Below, piece by piece: positions 35,424 to 45,591 of a stretch of DNA of 64,000 nt. Position 1 is the first letter of the stretch; each line of letters starts with the position of its first letter. The notes beneath the pieces are model-generated. The model was not told the DNA's origin. It made no database searches and saw only the letters and a program-made list of their open reading frames with translations. The stretch is from an uncultured Hyphomicrobiales bacterium (lineage in GTDB: Bacteria; Bacteroidota; Ignavibacteria; Kapaibacteriales; UBA2268): assembly GCA_964498585.1 (NCBI GenBank), contig CAZCHH010000006.1:1554-65553 (forward strand), written 5' to 3'. Both the position numbers and the translations under genes were made by a program.

Positions 35424-35560
35424 AATTGATGAAGATTTGGCACTTTGGTTAAAAAGTATGGGGCAAAATTCGAACCAAGCTGTAAATAATCTGATAAGAG
35501 CATTTTATTTAATAAAAAATTGATATATGAATTTCAATAATTTAAGAACGATGAAATCAA

Positions 35561-35866
35561 ATGAAATTTCAATTAACATCAAAAGATATAAATGAAATTA
35601 AAAATATTTGTCGTGAAAATAAAGTAAAGAGTTTGTATTTATTTGGCTCTGCTACTTCTGACAAGTTTAACAATAAAAGCGACATAGATTTATTAGTTGA
35701 TTTTGAAGATGTTCCACCTGAGCATTATTATGACCATTATTACAATCTAAAAGAATTTTTAAAAAAATACTTTAAACGAAATATTGACTTACTTGAAGCA
35801 AGAGCTTTACGTAATCCTTATTTAATCAAAGAAATTAATTTAAATAAAGTTCTAATTTATGGATAA
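35561..35866 (+). CDS. mntA: MNT nucleotidyltransferase antitoxin (MntA-like)
   Basis: LFGSATS...SDIDLLVDF; overlaps the downstream HepT gene. Confidence 0.88.
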   Translation: MKFQLTSKDINEIKNICRENKVKSLYLFGSATSDKFNNKSDIDLLVDFEDVPPEHYYDHYYNLKEFLKKYFKRNIDLLEARALRNPYLIKEINLNKVLIYG

Positions 35867-36197
35867 TGAGATAAAAACATATCTATTTGATATTAAAGAA
35901 TCTATTAGCGAAATAGAGTCTTATTTTGAAAATAGAAAATTAGATTTTTTTGAGTTTTTAAATGATACTAAAACTAAAAGAGCTATCGAAAGAAACTTAG
36001 AAATTATTGGTGAAGCCGTTAATAGAATTCTAAAAATTGACTCACAAATCAATTTAAGTTCATCAAGGAATATCGTTGATGTAAGAAATAGGATTATTCA
36101 TAACTACGATAATATTTCTTATGAAGTAATTTGGGGAATTATAATTAAATATATTCCAATTTTGAAGAGTGAAATTGTGAAAATATTAGATGATTAA
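35859..36197 (+). CDS. hepT: HepT-like (DUF86) HEPN ribonuclease toxin
   Basis: AIERNLEIIGEA and an intact R-x4-H motif (RNRIIH). Confidence 0.9.
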   Translation: MDNEIKTYLFDIKESISEIESYFENRKLDFFEFLNDTKTKRAIERNLEIIGEAVNRILKIDSQINLSSSRNIVDVRNRIIHNYDNISYEVIWGIIIKYIPILKSEIVKILDD

Positions 36198-36361
36198 TAG
36201 TTTTTTATTATGAACTCAACTTCCGAATTTTTCACTTGAGAAAGTGACCGTGGGGAACAATATTTTATACATTTTTCTTATCTTCTACAAAGAGTAGAAT
36301 ACTTAAGTTGTATTTTCTCATAATTTAAAATATTAATCGAACTTAAAACGTTATTAATTAT

Positions 36362-36595
36362 ATGGAATTTACAGATTATTTTAAAAATAAAGTATTAGCT
36401 AAAAGACCTTATCTGAAAATGGAATGGATTGAATTTGTACTGTCAAATCCCTGTGAAATTGAATATCAGGAAGAAGATGGCAGAATAAGATACTGGGCTT
36501 ATATTGATGAAATAAATAAGTTTTTAAGAGTTGTAACTCTTGAAAATGGAAAAACTATTCATAATGCATTCCCAGATAGGGATTTTAAATTATAG
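36362..36595 (+). CDS. DUF4258-like putative toxin
   Basis: 77 aa with DGRIRYW...FLRVV...IHNAFPDR, in the typical position upstream of DUF2283. Confidence 0.7.
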   Translation: MEFTDYFKNKVLAKRPYLKMEWIEFVLSNPCEIEYQEEDGRIRYWAYIDEINKFLRVVTLENGKTIHNAFPDRDFKL

Positions 36596-36603
36596 GAGGA
36601 AAA

Positions 36604-36819
36604 ATGAAATTCGAATATTTTAAAGAAACTGATACACTATATATTGATTTGAAAGAAACAAACAGCATAGATTCCAAGGAAATTTCCAATGGAATTGTTC
36701 TTGATTTCGATGAATCTGGTGATTTGACTGGTATTGAGATTGATAATGCTACAAAAGTAGCTGATTTGTCAAAACTTGAAGCGAAGCATCTGCCTGCAAA
36801 AGATTTAGTTTTTGCTTGA
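36604..36819 (+). CDS. DUF2283 family putative antitoxin
   Basis: YFKETDTLYIDL...GIVLDFDESGDLTGIEI pattern. Confidence 0.85.
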   Translation: MKFEYFKETDTLYIDLKETNSIDSKEISNGIVLDFDESGDLTGIEIDNATKVADLSKLEAKHLPAKDLVFA

Positions 36820-36864
36820 TTTGATATTTTATTTTTTAAAATGTTTTGTTATAAATAGCAAAGT

Positions 36865-36936
36865 AATCAAATGAAATTTCAACTAACTTCAAAAGATATT
36901 GAGGAAAAAATAAGAAGAATTAAAGAAGAAAAATGA
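36865..36936 (+). pseudogene. Truncated duplicate of the MNT 5' end (21-codon chimeric mini-ORF)
   Basis: 36865-36899 matches 35555-35589 at 33 of 35 nt; reads MKFQLTSKDIEEKIRRIKEEK*. Confidence 0.7.
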
Positions 36937-36987
36937 TTCAAAAACATAAATTAATACTGAATTTCAAAGATTTTAAGAATAATAGAA

Positions 36988-38052
36988 ATGAACTTAAAAG
37001 AAATCGGATTTAATGAGAAATTTGAAAAATTCAGCAAGGAAATAGAATTTTCAGGTTTTGAGATTGGAAGAATAATCACTGAGCATAAAGAAAGATATAT
37101 TGTTATTACAAAAGAAGGAGAATTTGACGCAGAAATAACCGGCAATATGCGTTTTACTGCAAAAGGTAGAATAGATTTCCCAGCAGTAGGTGATTGGGTA
37201 GCTGTTACTTCTTTTGATGATATTGCAATCATACACAAAATTTTACCAAGATTTTCAATTTTAAAAAGAAAAGCAGTAGGGCAGTTGGGTGAAATTCAAA
37301 TAATTGCTACAAATATTGATTATGCATTTATTATGCAAGCTGCCACTCAGGATTTTAATATAAACCGGCTCGAAAGGTATCTTACAATTTGCAATACGTC
37401 AAAAGTAAAACCAGTCATCGTTATTAGTAAAGTAGATTTAATTGACCAAACGAAGATAGATAATCTGAAACAATTGATAAATTCTCGTATTGATGATGTT
37501 CTAATTTTTGCAATTAGTAACGAAAGCAAATTTGGATATGAAGAAATTTTAAATTTTATGCAGCAAGCTAAGACATATTGCCTGCTGGGTTCTTCAGGTG
37601 TTGGGAAATCAACTTTACTCAATAACCTGTTGGGAAAAAATATTATGCGCACCGAAGAGATTAGCCATAGTACTAATAAAGGACGGCATATCACAAGCCA
37701 TAGAGAGCTTTTTGTACTCGAAAACGGTGCAATTCTTATTGATAATCCCGGAATGAGAGAAATTGGAATTGCTGATTCCGGAAATGGATTAGAAATTACT
37801 TTCGACCCAATTCTCAAATTAGCAATTAAATGTAAATATAAAGATTGTACTCATACAAGTGAGAGTGGATGTGCGGTGCTTCAAGCACTTGATAATGGCA
37901 TAATCGACCAGCTTTCTTATCAGAATTATTTGAAAATGCTAAAAGAAAAAGAACATTTTGAATCTTCTGCACTAAAAAGAAAACAAAAGGATAAAGAATT
38001 TGGGAAAATGTTAAAGAACTACAAAAAAGATATTAAAAGAAACAAATTTTAA
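36988..38052 (+). CDS. rsgA: Ribosome small subunit-dependent GTPase A
   Basis: PAVGDWV, SKVDL, GSSGVGKS, DNPGMRE and zinc-binding CKYKDCTH...GC. Confidence 0.97.
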   Translation: MNLKEIGFNEKFEKFSKEIEFSGFEIGRIITEHKERYIVITKEGEFDAEITGNMRFTAKGRIDFPAVGDWVAVTSFDDIAIIHKILPRFSILKRKAVGQLGEIQIIATNIDYAFIMQAATQDFNINRLERYLTICNTSKVKPVIVISKVDLIDQTKIDNLKQLINSRIDDVLIFAISNESKFGYEEILNFMQQAKTYCLLGSSGVGKSTLLNNLLGKNIMRTEEISHSTNKGRHITSHRELFVLENGAILIDNPGMREIGIADSGNGLEITFDPILKLAIKCKYKDCTHTSESGCAVLQALDNGIIDQLSYQNYLKMLKEKEHFESSALKRKQKDKEFGKMLKNYKKDIKRNKF

Positions 38053-38154
38053 AATGATTGAAGTTAATTTAGAAAATAAATTATTTTAAATCAACCGACG
38101 TCCTAATAAACCGATGTTTGAAAAGAATCAGTTCTTGCTAATGACATCTTTTCT

Positions 38155-38306
38155 TGTCATTCTGGCGTATGCCAGAATCCATCTTGGGGAAGCAAGTGAG
38201 CTTGCCCACGAAACATTTGGGCAAGCCCAAATGCTTCAATTAAATAACTAAAATTGAATAGCGTTGAATAATAATAAGATGGATTCTGACATCCGTCAGA
38301 ATGACA
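38155..38306. mobile_element. REPIN/MITE-like element, family B, copy 2
   Basis: tgtcattctggcgtatgccagaatccatctt ... aagatggattctgacatccgtcagaatgaca. Confidence 0.82.
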
Positions 38307-38443
38307 CATTTAGTGATGTCATATCCATTTAAATAAATCCTTTGCTTTATAAGAGGGATACCAATAACAAGACTGCGAAATAAGAAACTACGAGGCATCA
38401 GGAGTTCAGAAATCCTTAAAATAATTAGGAAGTATTAACTTTG

Positions 38444-38517
38444 TCGGCGCGACTGGATTTGAACCAGCGACCCCTACTACCCCAAAGTAGTGCGCTTCCG
38501 GGCTGCGCTACGCGCCG
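38444..38517 (-). tRNA. tRNA-Pro(GGG)
   Basis: Acceptor cggcgcg/cgcgccg, anticodon arm ctact-ttGGGgt-agtag and TTCAAAT loop. Confidence 0.96.
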
Positions 38518-38604
38518 ATGAATACAAAATTAGCATTTTATTCGTTAAAATCAAAATAGTTTTGGTTATTTCAGAATAATTTTTTAAATAGCAGTTCTTG
38601 TAGA

Positions 38605-39228
38605 ATGCAATTTGTTTTTATGTTAAAAAAATTTAAATTATTAGTTATTTTATTTTCAGTTTTGTTAATTTCTTGCTCAGAGGAGAAACAAGATATTTCT
38701 GAAATAAAAATTTGTAAATTTAAGCAGAACCCAAATTTAATTGAGGAAAAAAGAGAGTTAAAAGAATTAGCATTTACTGTTGGAATCCCGAAGACTTTTA
38801 CTGAACTTGATTCTGCACTTTTCGAGAAGTATTCTCCAGCAATACTTGATTTAGTTGCCGATACGAAGCTAAAAATAGAGCCACATCAAATCTATTATTC
38901 TGATTCATTAAGCACCTTGCTTTTTTTATCAAGAGTTTTTTTACCGGATTCTTTAGATAGCAAACAGCAGCTAAGTTACTTTAACAGTTTATTAGATATG
39001 CATTTTGATTCTTTTCAGTTGAGTAAATCAGAATTTGAAAAAGATAGCGTTTTGTTTACGCAATATATTATCAAATCTGATTATATGATTTATTTTAAAT
39101 TTCTTTTCCAATCAAAAGAAAAGCAGTTTAATTCAATAGATTTTATTACAAACAAAAATAGCTTTAACGATAAAACTTCAAGTTTTATTGAAGCCGCAAT
39201 AGCTTCAATTACAATTAATAAAAAATAA
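38605..39228 (+). CDS. Hypothetical lipoprotein
   Basis: Lipobox LLISC followed by SEEK; the start may be the second Met (38620). Confidence 0.65.
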   Translation: MQFVFMLKKFKLLVILFSVLLISCSEEKQDISEIKICKFKQNPNLIEEKRELKELAFTVGIPKTFTELDSALFEKYSPAILDLVADTKLKIEPHQIYYSDSLSTLLFLSRVFLPDSLDSKQQLSYFNSLLDMHFDSFQLSKSEFEKDSVLFTQYIIKSDYMIYFKFLFQSKEKQFNSIDFITNKNSFNDKTSSFIEAAIASITINKK

Positions 39229-39467
39229 AACAATTTAGAATAAAAAAAATAAATTTATTAAATATTCGTTAATAGATAAAATATATATTTGTTTTAATAT
39301 TTATTTTTTATTATTTTTACAAAGTTATTTGAATTAAATTTACAATTTGTTCATTAAACTGAAAAAGATATCGAAAGATTTGCTACCGAATAAACATAGC
39401 TTAAAAAGGAGCTGCAGTTGTTTCTAAAATAATAAGAACATAAGAAACAACTAATTAGGAACTAACA

Positions 39468-42400
39468 TTGATATTTATGCTTAAAAACAGTTTTTTTGCA
39501 AAGTCAATAATTCTTTTTCTATTGGTAATGGGTAGCAATTCAAGTATCTTGCTTTATAGCTTAAACCCATCTGATTATTTATCAATAATAAATTCAACAG
39601 AGAAAGAATTAAAATTAAGAGTTGAGCCAACTCTTCAAGGAATAGATACAATTATTACAAATAATGGATTATTATCTATTAGTCCCCGCATTTCGCAAGC
39701 TATGAAAGTTGGAGTTATCCCAAATTCACCAACTTTGTATATTATTAAAGAATTGATTACTATTCCGTCTGAAGAAGGTTTTAATTTAAAAAATTTCTCT
39801 GTTTCGGAAATTAAATCAATTTATTCATTTATTACTCCTGTTCCGGAACCAGACGATGAATTATCGCCAGTATATAAAATTGATAAACAGTATTATTATG
39901 ATTATCAAATGCCGGACTGGGTAAGCATTAAATATCTTGGAATTTCACGCAACAGGCATATAGCAGAGCTTAATATTGTTGTAGCAAGGTATAATCCAGC
40001 AACAAATTCTATTGAAATGCCAAACGAATTATTTGTTGAAATTGAGTTTATGGATAAAAGCAAAAATTCTTTTGCTAGTTTAAATGATGACAGCTTTCCA
40101 TTTACTTTGAACCATTTAGAAACAAAGAACTGGGTAGTTCAAAATTCAATTTTTCAAATAAAAGAAAAACATTCCGATAAAATATTAAGCCAAAATCCTA
40201 ACAACTGGGTAAAAATTACTGTTGATGCCGAAGGTTTATATCGAATTGATAAAAATCAGCTTTCTTCTGTAGGAGTTGATATAACAAATGATTTAGCTTC
40301 CACTTTAAAGCTTTATGGCTATAATGGAAGAGAATTAAGTGAAAATATTTCTGATGCATTAAGCAATGAAATGAATGAAATTCCAGTTACTGTTGTTACT
40401 AATTCATCAGGGAACTTTGAATATTTAGTATTTTACGGAATGCCTACAACTGGCTTTGAATATAAAAACGGTAACTTTAATCATTATATTAACAGCTATA
40501 GCAATAAAAATTATTATCTGTTAACCTGGGGCGGCGAAAATGGTAAACGAATAGAAAATGCTATTAGCCCTGATGGAGAAATACAAAATCGACCTCAAAC
40601 ATATACCTGCTTTACTTTTTTCAAAGAAGAATTAAACAACAGATTTATTAGTGGTTCCGGAAGGAAATGGCTTGGACGCTCTGTTTTTCCGGTAACTTTT
40701 ACAAATGTTCTTCACGATTTGGATAGAAGCGGAACTATTATTTATAAATATTCACTTGCACACAGGACAGCCAGTCAAGGCACTTTTACTGCTTACGAAT
40801 CAAACAATAAATTAGGTGAATTCAGTTTGATTGGTATTAATAAAGGGTCTTATATTGATGCTATAATTAAACAGGCAAAAGTTAGCTTAAGTGCATCTGA
40901 TATTCCTAATGATAATCGAAGTGTTTTAAAATTCAACTATCATAATCCAATATCCGGATTGAGTGCAACTCCTTTTTTTGATTGGTATGAAATCCAATAT
41001 CCACGTTCATTTGTTGCATTTGAAAATGAACTAGGATTTTTTAGCGATCCTAAAATGAATGGAATTACTGAATATACTGTTACCGGATTCAATAGCTCTC
41101 CAATAGGATTAGATGTAACAAAACCACTTGAGCCAAGATATTTGAATAACATTTCTACTGTAAAGAATAATTTTGTATTTAAAAAAGAAGTATATACCGA
41201 AAGTCCTTCAAAATTCTTTATTACAAGTATTTACAAAACACCAATAATAAGCAAAATCAAAATAGCAAATTTAAGAGGAAACTATGCAAATGCTGATTAT
41301 GTAATTATTACTCATCAAGACCTGTTAACGTCTGCGGAAGCATATAAAGAATATAGAAGTAGCAACAGCGATTTAAAAATATCAATTATTTTATTAGAAG
41401 ACATATTTTTAGAATTTGCAAATGGAATGCCAGACCCAACAGCATTAAGAGATTTCTTTGCTTTTGCTATGAAAAATTGGGAAGTAAAACCAAGATTTGT
41501 ATTGCTTTGGGGCGATGGACATTATGATTATAAAAATATTACAACTAATCAAATAAATTACGTAACTACATATCAGACAAAAGACGAGGGCGAAACTGTA
41601 ACAGGGACAGTTTCTTCCACTTATGACGATTATTTTGCCCGCGTAGTTGGTAATGATAAATTAATTGATTTTGCTATTGCCCGAATGCCAGTTACTTCAA
41701 ATGGAGTTGGTTTTGAACTAATTAATAAAATTAAGCATTACGAAAACGAGTCTTCTGTTGATAATTGGCGTGCTTCAACGTTATTATTAGCCGATGATAG
41801 TTATATCAGTGATTCTGATTCAGGTAATGGTTCTCAACATACATCTCAATCTGAAACTTTAGCAAATATAGTGATGGAACAAGATTTACAGCAAAAGAAA
41901 CTGTATCTTGTTGAATATCCTACAGAAAATATACCCGGCGGAAGACGCAAACCACGCGTTATGGAAGATTGGGTTTCTGTAGTTAATACAAGTGGTTCTT
42001 TATTGGTTAACTGGATAGGGCACGGTAATCCAAGAGTATTAGCTCATGAAGAGATTTATGAACGCTCTGTAACTACTCCGCAATTAAAGAATTTTAATAA
42101 ATTGTTTTTCTTAACAGCAGCTACCTGTGATTTCGGAAGATTCGATTTGGTTGACATACAAAGTGGGGCAGAGGTTCTATTATTAAGTAAAATAGGTGGC
42201 GCTATTGGAGTATTATCATCAGCCCGTGTTGTTTTTTCAAACGATAATGCTATGTTAAACTATGAATTCTTTAAATCTATTCAAACTAGACAAATTTCTT
42301 CAGGCAAATATTTAAATCTTGGCGAGGCAATGTTTAAACTAAAACAAAAATATTATGACACAAACAGCGAGAAATTCTTTTTACTTGGCGACCCTACTTT

Positions 42401-43493
42401 AAAAATATTGCTGCCGGACTATTTGGTAAAAATTGATTCAATAAATGGCATAGAAGTAAAAGAAGATAGTTCTTTAATTGAATTAAAAGCGTTAACTGAA
42501 GTAAATATTGCCTGTTCTATATTAAATCCTTTAACAAAAGAAATTGTAACTGATTATGATGGAATAGCTATTGTAACTATGCTTGATAGCGATGATTTAA
42601 TAACAGCAATTGATGACGATGGTTCTCAACACTCAATATTGAAACATGGAGGGGCATTAAACCGGAGCTCATATAAAGTAAAAAACGGTGTCTTTACTGC
42701 TAATTTTATTATTCCGAAAGACATAAGCTATTCTAATGCTCAGGGAAGATTGTATGTTTATTCATATTCAGATGATAATATTTTTTCAAAAGGAGCAACA
42801 CGTGCATTTAAAGTAATTGACCTGGATTCAAGCGTTATTTCAGATAATAAAGGTCCTGATATTTCAATATATCTTGACAACAGGACTTTTAAAGAAGGCG
42901 ATTACGTAAGCTATAATCCACTTTTAATTGTAGATTTAAGCGATGAAAGCGGAATCAATGCAACTGGTCTTGGAATTGGACATAGAATAGAGGCGTGGCT
43001 TGACGATAATCCAAACTCCATTGACTTAACTAATTTGTTTACTACATCTTTGGAAAATTCAAAAGCTGGAACAGTAGAAAAAATTCTTTTTGATTTAACT
43101 CCGGGTACTCATAAAATAAAAGTGCGTGCTTGGGATGTTTTTAACAATTTTTCTGTAAAAGAAACGTTTTTTAATATTGCAGAAAGTGAAAATTATATAA
43201 TTGTTTATGATATTTACAATTATCCAAATCCATTCGACAATTATACTACAATTTCATTTAAGCATAACATAGAACCACCTTTTGAGGCAGAAATAAATAT
43301 CTACCAATATGATGGTGGACTTATAAAGACTTTAAAAAGTACGATTAATACAAGAAATATAGCTGAGATTAGCTGGGATTTAACTGAAAGCAATTCGAGT
43401 TTATCAAGTGGTGCTTATTTCTTTAATATCCGAACAAAAACGGAAAAAAATTTAAATAGGTCTAAATCATTTTTAATGATATTAGCAAAATAA
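39468..43493 (+). CDS. porU: Type IX secretion system sortase PorU (C25 peptidase)
   Basis: C25 catalytic His/Cys (NWIGHG, TAATCDFGRFD), LLGDP motif and C-terminal CTD (YNYPNPF); lies upstream of porV. Confidence 0.92.
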   Translation: MIFMLKNSFFAKSIILFLLVMGSNSSILLYSLNPSDYLSIINSTEKELKLRVEPTLQGIDTIITNNGLLSISPRISQAMKVGVIPNSPTLYIIKELITIPSEEGFNLKNFSVSEIKSIYSFITPVPEPDDELSPVYKIDKQYYYDYQMPDWVSIKYLGISRNRHIAELNIVVARYNPATNSIEMPNELFVEIEFMDKSKNSFASLNDDSFPFTLNHLETKNWVVQNSIFQIKEKHSDKILSQNPNNWVKITVDAEGLYRIDKNQLSSVGVDITNDLASTLKLYGYNGRELSENISDALSNEMNEIPVTVVTNSSGNFEYLVFYGMPTTGFEYKNGNFNHYINSYSNKNYYLLTWGGENGKRIENAISPDGEIQNRPQTYTCFTFFKEELNNRFISGSGRKWLGRSVFPVTFTNVLHDLDRSGTIIYKYSLAHRTASQGTFTAYESNNKLGEFSLIGINKGSYIDAIIKQAKVSLSASDIPNDNRSVLKFNYHNPISGLSATPFFDWYEIQYPRSFVAFENELGFFSDPKMNGITEYTVTGFNSSPIGLDVTKPLEPRYLNNISTVKNNFVFKKEVYTESPSKFFITSIYKTPIISKIKIANLRGNYANADYVIITHQDLLTSAEAYKEYRSSNSDLKISIILLEDIFLEFANGMPDPTALRDFFAFAMKNWEVKPRFVLLWGDGHYDYKNITTNQINYVTTYQTKDEGETVTGTVSSTYDDYFARVVGNDKLIDFAIARMPVTSNGVGFELINKIKHYENESSVDNWRASTLLLADDSYISDSDSGNGSQHTSQSETLANIVMEQDLQQKKLYLVEYPTENIPGGRRKPRVMEDWVSVVNTSGSLLVNWIGHGNPRVLAHEEIYERSVTTPQLKNFNKLFFLTAATCDFGRFDLVDIQSGAEVLLLSKIGGAIGVLSSARVVFSNDNAMLNYEFFKSIQTRQISSGKYLNLGEAMFKLKQKYYDTNSEKFFLLGDPTLKILLPDYLVKIDSINGIEVKEDSSLIELKALTEVNIACSILNPLTKEIVTDYDGIAIVTMLDSDDLITAIDDDGSQHSILKHGGALNRSSYKVKNGVFTANFIIPKDISYSNAQGRLYVYSYSDDNIFSKGATRAFKVIDLDSSVISDNKGPDISIYLDNRTFKEGDYVSYNPLLIVDLSDESGINATGLGIGHRIEAWLDDNPNSIDLTNLFTTSLENSKAGTVEKILFDLTPGTHKIKVRAWDVFNNFSVKETFFNIAESENYIIVYDIYNYPNPFDNYTTISFKHNIEPPFEAEINIYQYDGGLIKTLKSTINTRNIAEISWDLTESNSSLSSGAYFFNIRTKTEKNLNRSKSFLMILAK

Positions 43494-43537
43494 TTTATTG
43501 GTATAATTTTTGAAAATAAAAAAGTAATTAGTATAAA

Positions 43538-44653
43538 ATGGAGAGAATAATGAAAACAAATCCAAAAGCAACAGTTCTCCTGCTTTTAACATTAGCATTC
43601 TTAGGAAATCAAGTAAATGTATATAGCCAGGCAGGTGGTTCAGCAGTACCTTTTCTTCTGATTTCTCCAGATGCAAGGTCGAGTGGAATGGGCGAGGTTG
43701 GCACAGCTATTGCCGATGATATAAATGCTGTCTTCTGGAATCCTGCTGGTCTTGCTTTTCAAGATTCTGTGGAGATTAGTATTGACGAATATGTACCTTG
43801 GAGACAAGTTTCACTAACTTTTTCTAAATGGCTTCCCCAGTTTAACGCAGATTTGTTTTATAGCTACGGCACTATCGGGCAATATTTCGAGGATTTAAAC
43901 GGAACTTTAGCATTCAATGTTGTATTTATGAATCTTGGTGAATTTACCAGAACTCTTGAAGATGGTGAGAAAAAAGGAACATTCCAATCCAATGAATTTG
44001 CTGTTGGCTTGTCTTATGGAACTATTATTGCAGAAGACCTTGGAATTGGTGTTCAACTGCGTTATATTCGTTCTAATTTAGCTCCAGTTACTGCTTTTGC
44101 CGGTGGCGATGCAGGCGTTGGGAACAGTGTTTCTTTTGATATTGGTATGCTATGGAAACCTTATGATTTGGATATTTTTGGTTTGGAACTTGAAGATTTT
44201 CTTTCGCTTGGTTTCAACCTCCAAAATGTTGGACCAAAAATTACTTATCGCGAAGAATCTGACCCACTTCCAACTACATTAAAGTTAGGTGCTGCTTTCA
44301 ACGTAATTCGAGATGAATTTAATGATTTAAAGCTTGCTTTTGATTTTTCTAAACTACTTGTCAAACGTGATAGTTTAGGCTCTGACCCAATTCCAAAATC
44401 CTTAATTACCGGCTGGGAAAATGCTGGAGTGGAATTTGCCATTGGTGCTGAATACTGGTATGAGCATATTGTTGCTTTACGTGCCGGTTATTTTACTGAA
44501 CCATCAACATTAGGCAATAGAAAATATTGGAACTTTGGCGCTGGTGTCCGTTATGATATATTCCAACTTGATTTTAGCTTCATTAACACTATTGAAGAAA
44601 ATCACCCATTAGCTAATACTATGAGGTTTTCATTGCTTGTAGATTGGAAATAA
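43538..44653 (+). CDS. porV: Type IX secretion system shuttle PorV
   Basis: AVPFLLISPDARSSGMGE, FWNPAGLA, KWLPQFNADL, LRAGYF and LANTMRFSL motifs. Confidence 0.93.
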   Translation: MERIMKTNPKATVLLLLTLAFLGNQVNVYSQAGGSAVPFLLISPDARSSGMGEVGTAIADDINAVFWNPAGLAFQDSVEISIDEYVPWRQVSLTFSKWLPQFNADLFYSYGTIGQYFEDLNGTLAFNVVFMNLGEFTRTLEDGEKKGTFQSNEFAVGLSYGTIIAEDLGIGVQLRYIRSNLAPVTAFAGGDAGVGNSVSFDIGMLWKPYDLDIFGLELEDFLSLGFNLQNVGPKITYREESDPLPTTLKLGAAFNVIRDEFNDLKLAFDFSKLLVKRDSLGSDPIPKSLITGWENAGVEFAIGAEYWYEHIVALRAGYFTEPSTLGNRKYWNFGAGVRYDIFQLDFSFINTIEENHPLANTMRFSLLVDWK

Positions 44654-45570
44654 ATCCATCTATGCTAATAAAAAATGAAATACTAAAAGAATTTGAAAGA
44701 TTAGCAAATCTTTTTTCGAAGCGTTTTATTAAATGTAAAAGTTTTTTTTCTGAAAACTCTGTTCACGACCTTAGAGTTTCTATAAGAAAACTTTCTTCTC
44801 TTTTATTTGCTTTAAATGTTTTTTCAGATTCTACTTATCTTTTAAGCATAAGTAATGAAATAAAAAAACAACTAAAATTGCTTAATCCTTTGAGAGATAC
44901 TCAAGTTCAGATTCTTGCTTTGCAAAATATGTTCTATACATATCCTTTTCTTATTGATTTTTATAAGTTCTTGCTTAATAATGAGAAAGAACTGATTTAT
45001 AAAATAAATAAAAAATTACTCAAAATAAATCTTGATTTCTTTGAATCTCAGGTTTTATTCCTAAAAATTGATTTGAAAAAAGTCAGTTTTGAATGCTTTG
45101 AATTGGATAAACTTATAGAAATAAAATCAGAATCATTCAATTATATAATTGACTATTTTGATGATATTAACATGCTTTTGTTAGAATCAAACGTTCTCAA
45201 AAATGAAGGGAAAAGAATAAATAATATAATTAATTCCTTCAATTTAGAAAATGAATGGTCAGAAATTCTTGGTAAACTACATAAACTTAGATTATACTTT
45301 AAAAAGTATAGGTATATTTCAGAAATAATTAATAATGTTTCAATTTCAAATTCACAAACTATAAAAAAGATGCAGGGAATACAAGATGCACTCGGTGAAA
45401 TTCAAGACAGTCAAATATTCCTAAAGTCATTAAACTCTTATTTCAAAAAAAGCAATACTATTTATAACTATAGAATTAATAAAGTTATCAAAAACTTAAT
45501 TGCAAAACAAAAACAGATAGTTATAGATTTCTGTAATGATAAAGAAGCATTGCTTTCGTTAAATTATTGA
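44644..45570 (+). CDS. CHAD domain protein
   Basis: VHDLRVSIRKL, LRDTQV, LHKLRLYFKKYRY and QDALGEIQD motifs; start is TTG 44644 or ATG 44662. Confidence 0.88.
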   Translation: MEINPSMLIKNEILKEFERLANLFSKRFIKCKSFFSENSVHDLRVSIRKLSSLLFALNVFSDSTYLLSISNEIKKQLKLLNPLRDTQVQILALQNMFYTYPFLIDFYKFLLNNEKELIYKINKKLLKINLDFFESQVLFLKIDLKKVSFECFELDKLIEIKSESFNYIIDYFDDINMLLLESNVLKNEGKRINNIINSFNLENEWSEILGKLHKLRLYFKKYRYISEIINNVSISNSQTIKKMQGIQDALGEIQDSQIFLKSLNSYFKKSNTIYNYRINKVIKNLIAKQKQIVIDFCNDKEALLSLNY

Positions 45571-45591
45571 TTTATTTATTTTAAAGAAGTA

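Noticed and set aside
35430-36950. Integron cassette array
   Set aside because: No integron integrase, and no convincing attC (RYYYAAC...GTTRRRY) structure after the TA genes.
39416-39452. Regulatory leader hairpin before porU
   Set aside because: A 10-bp AT-rich stem with a 17-nt loop is seen, but nothing supports a function beyond chance.
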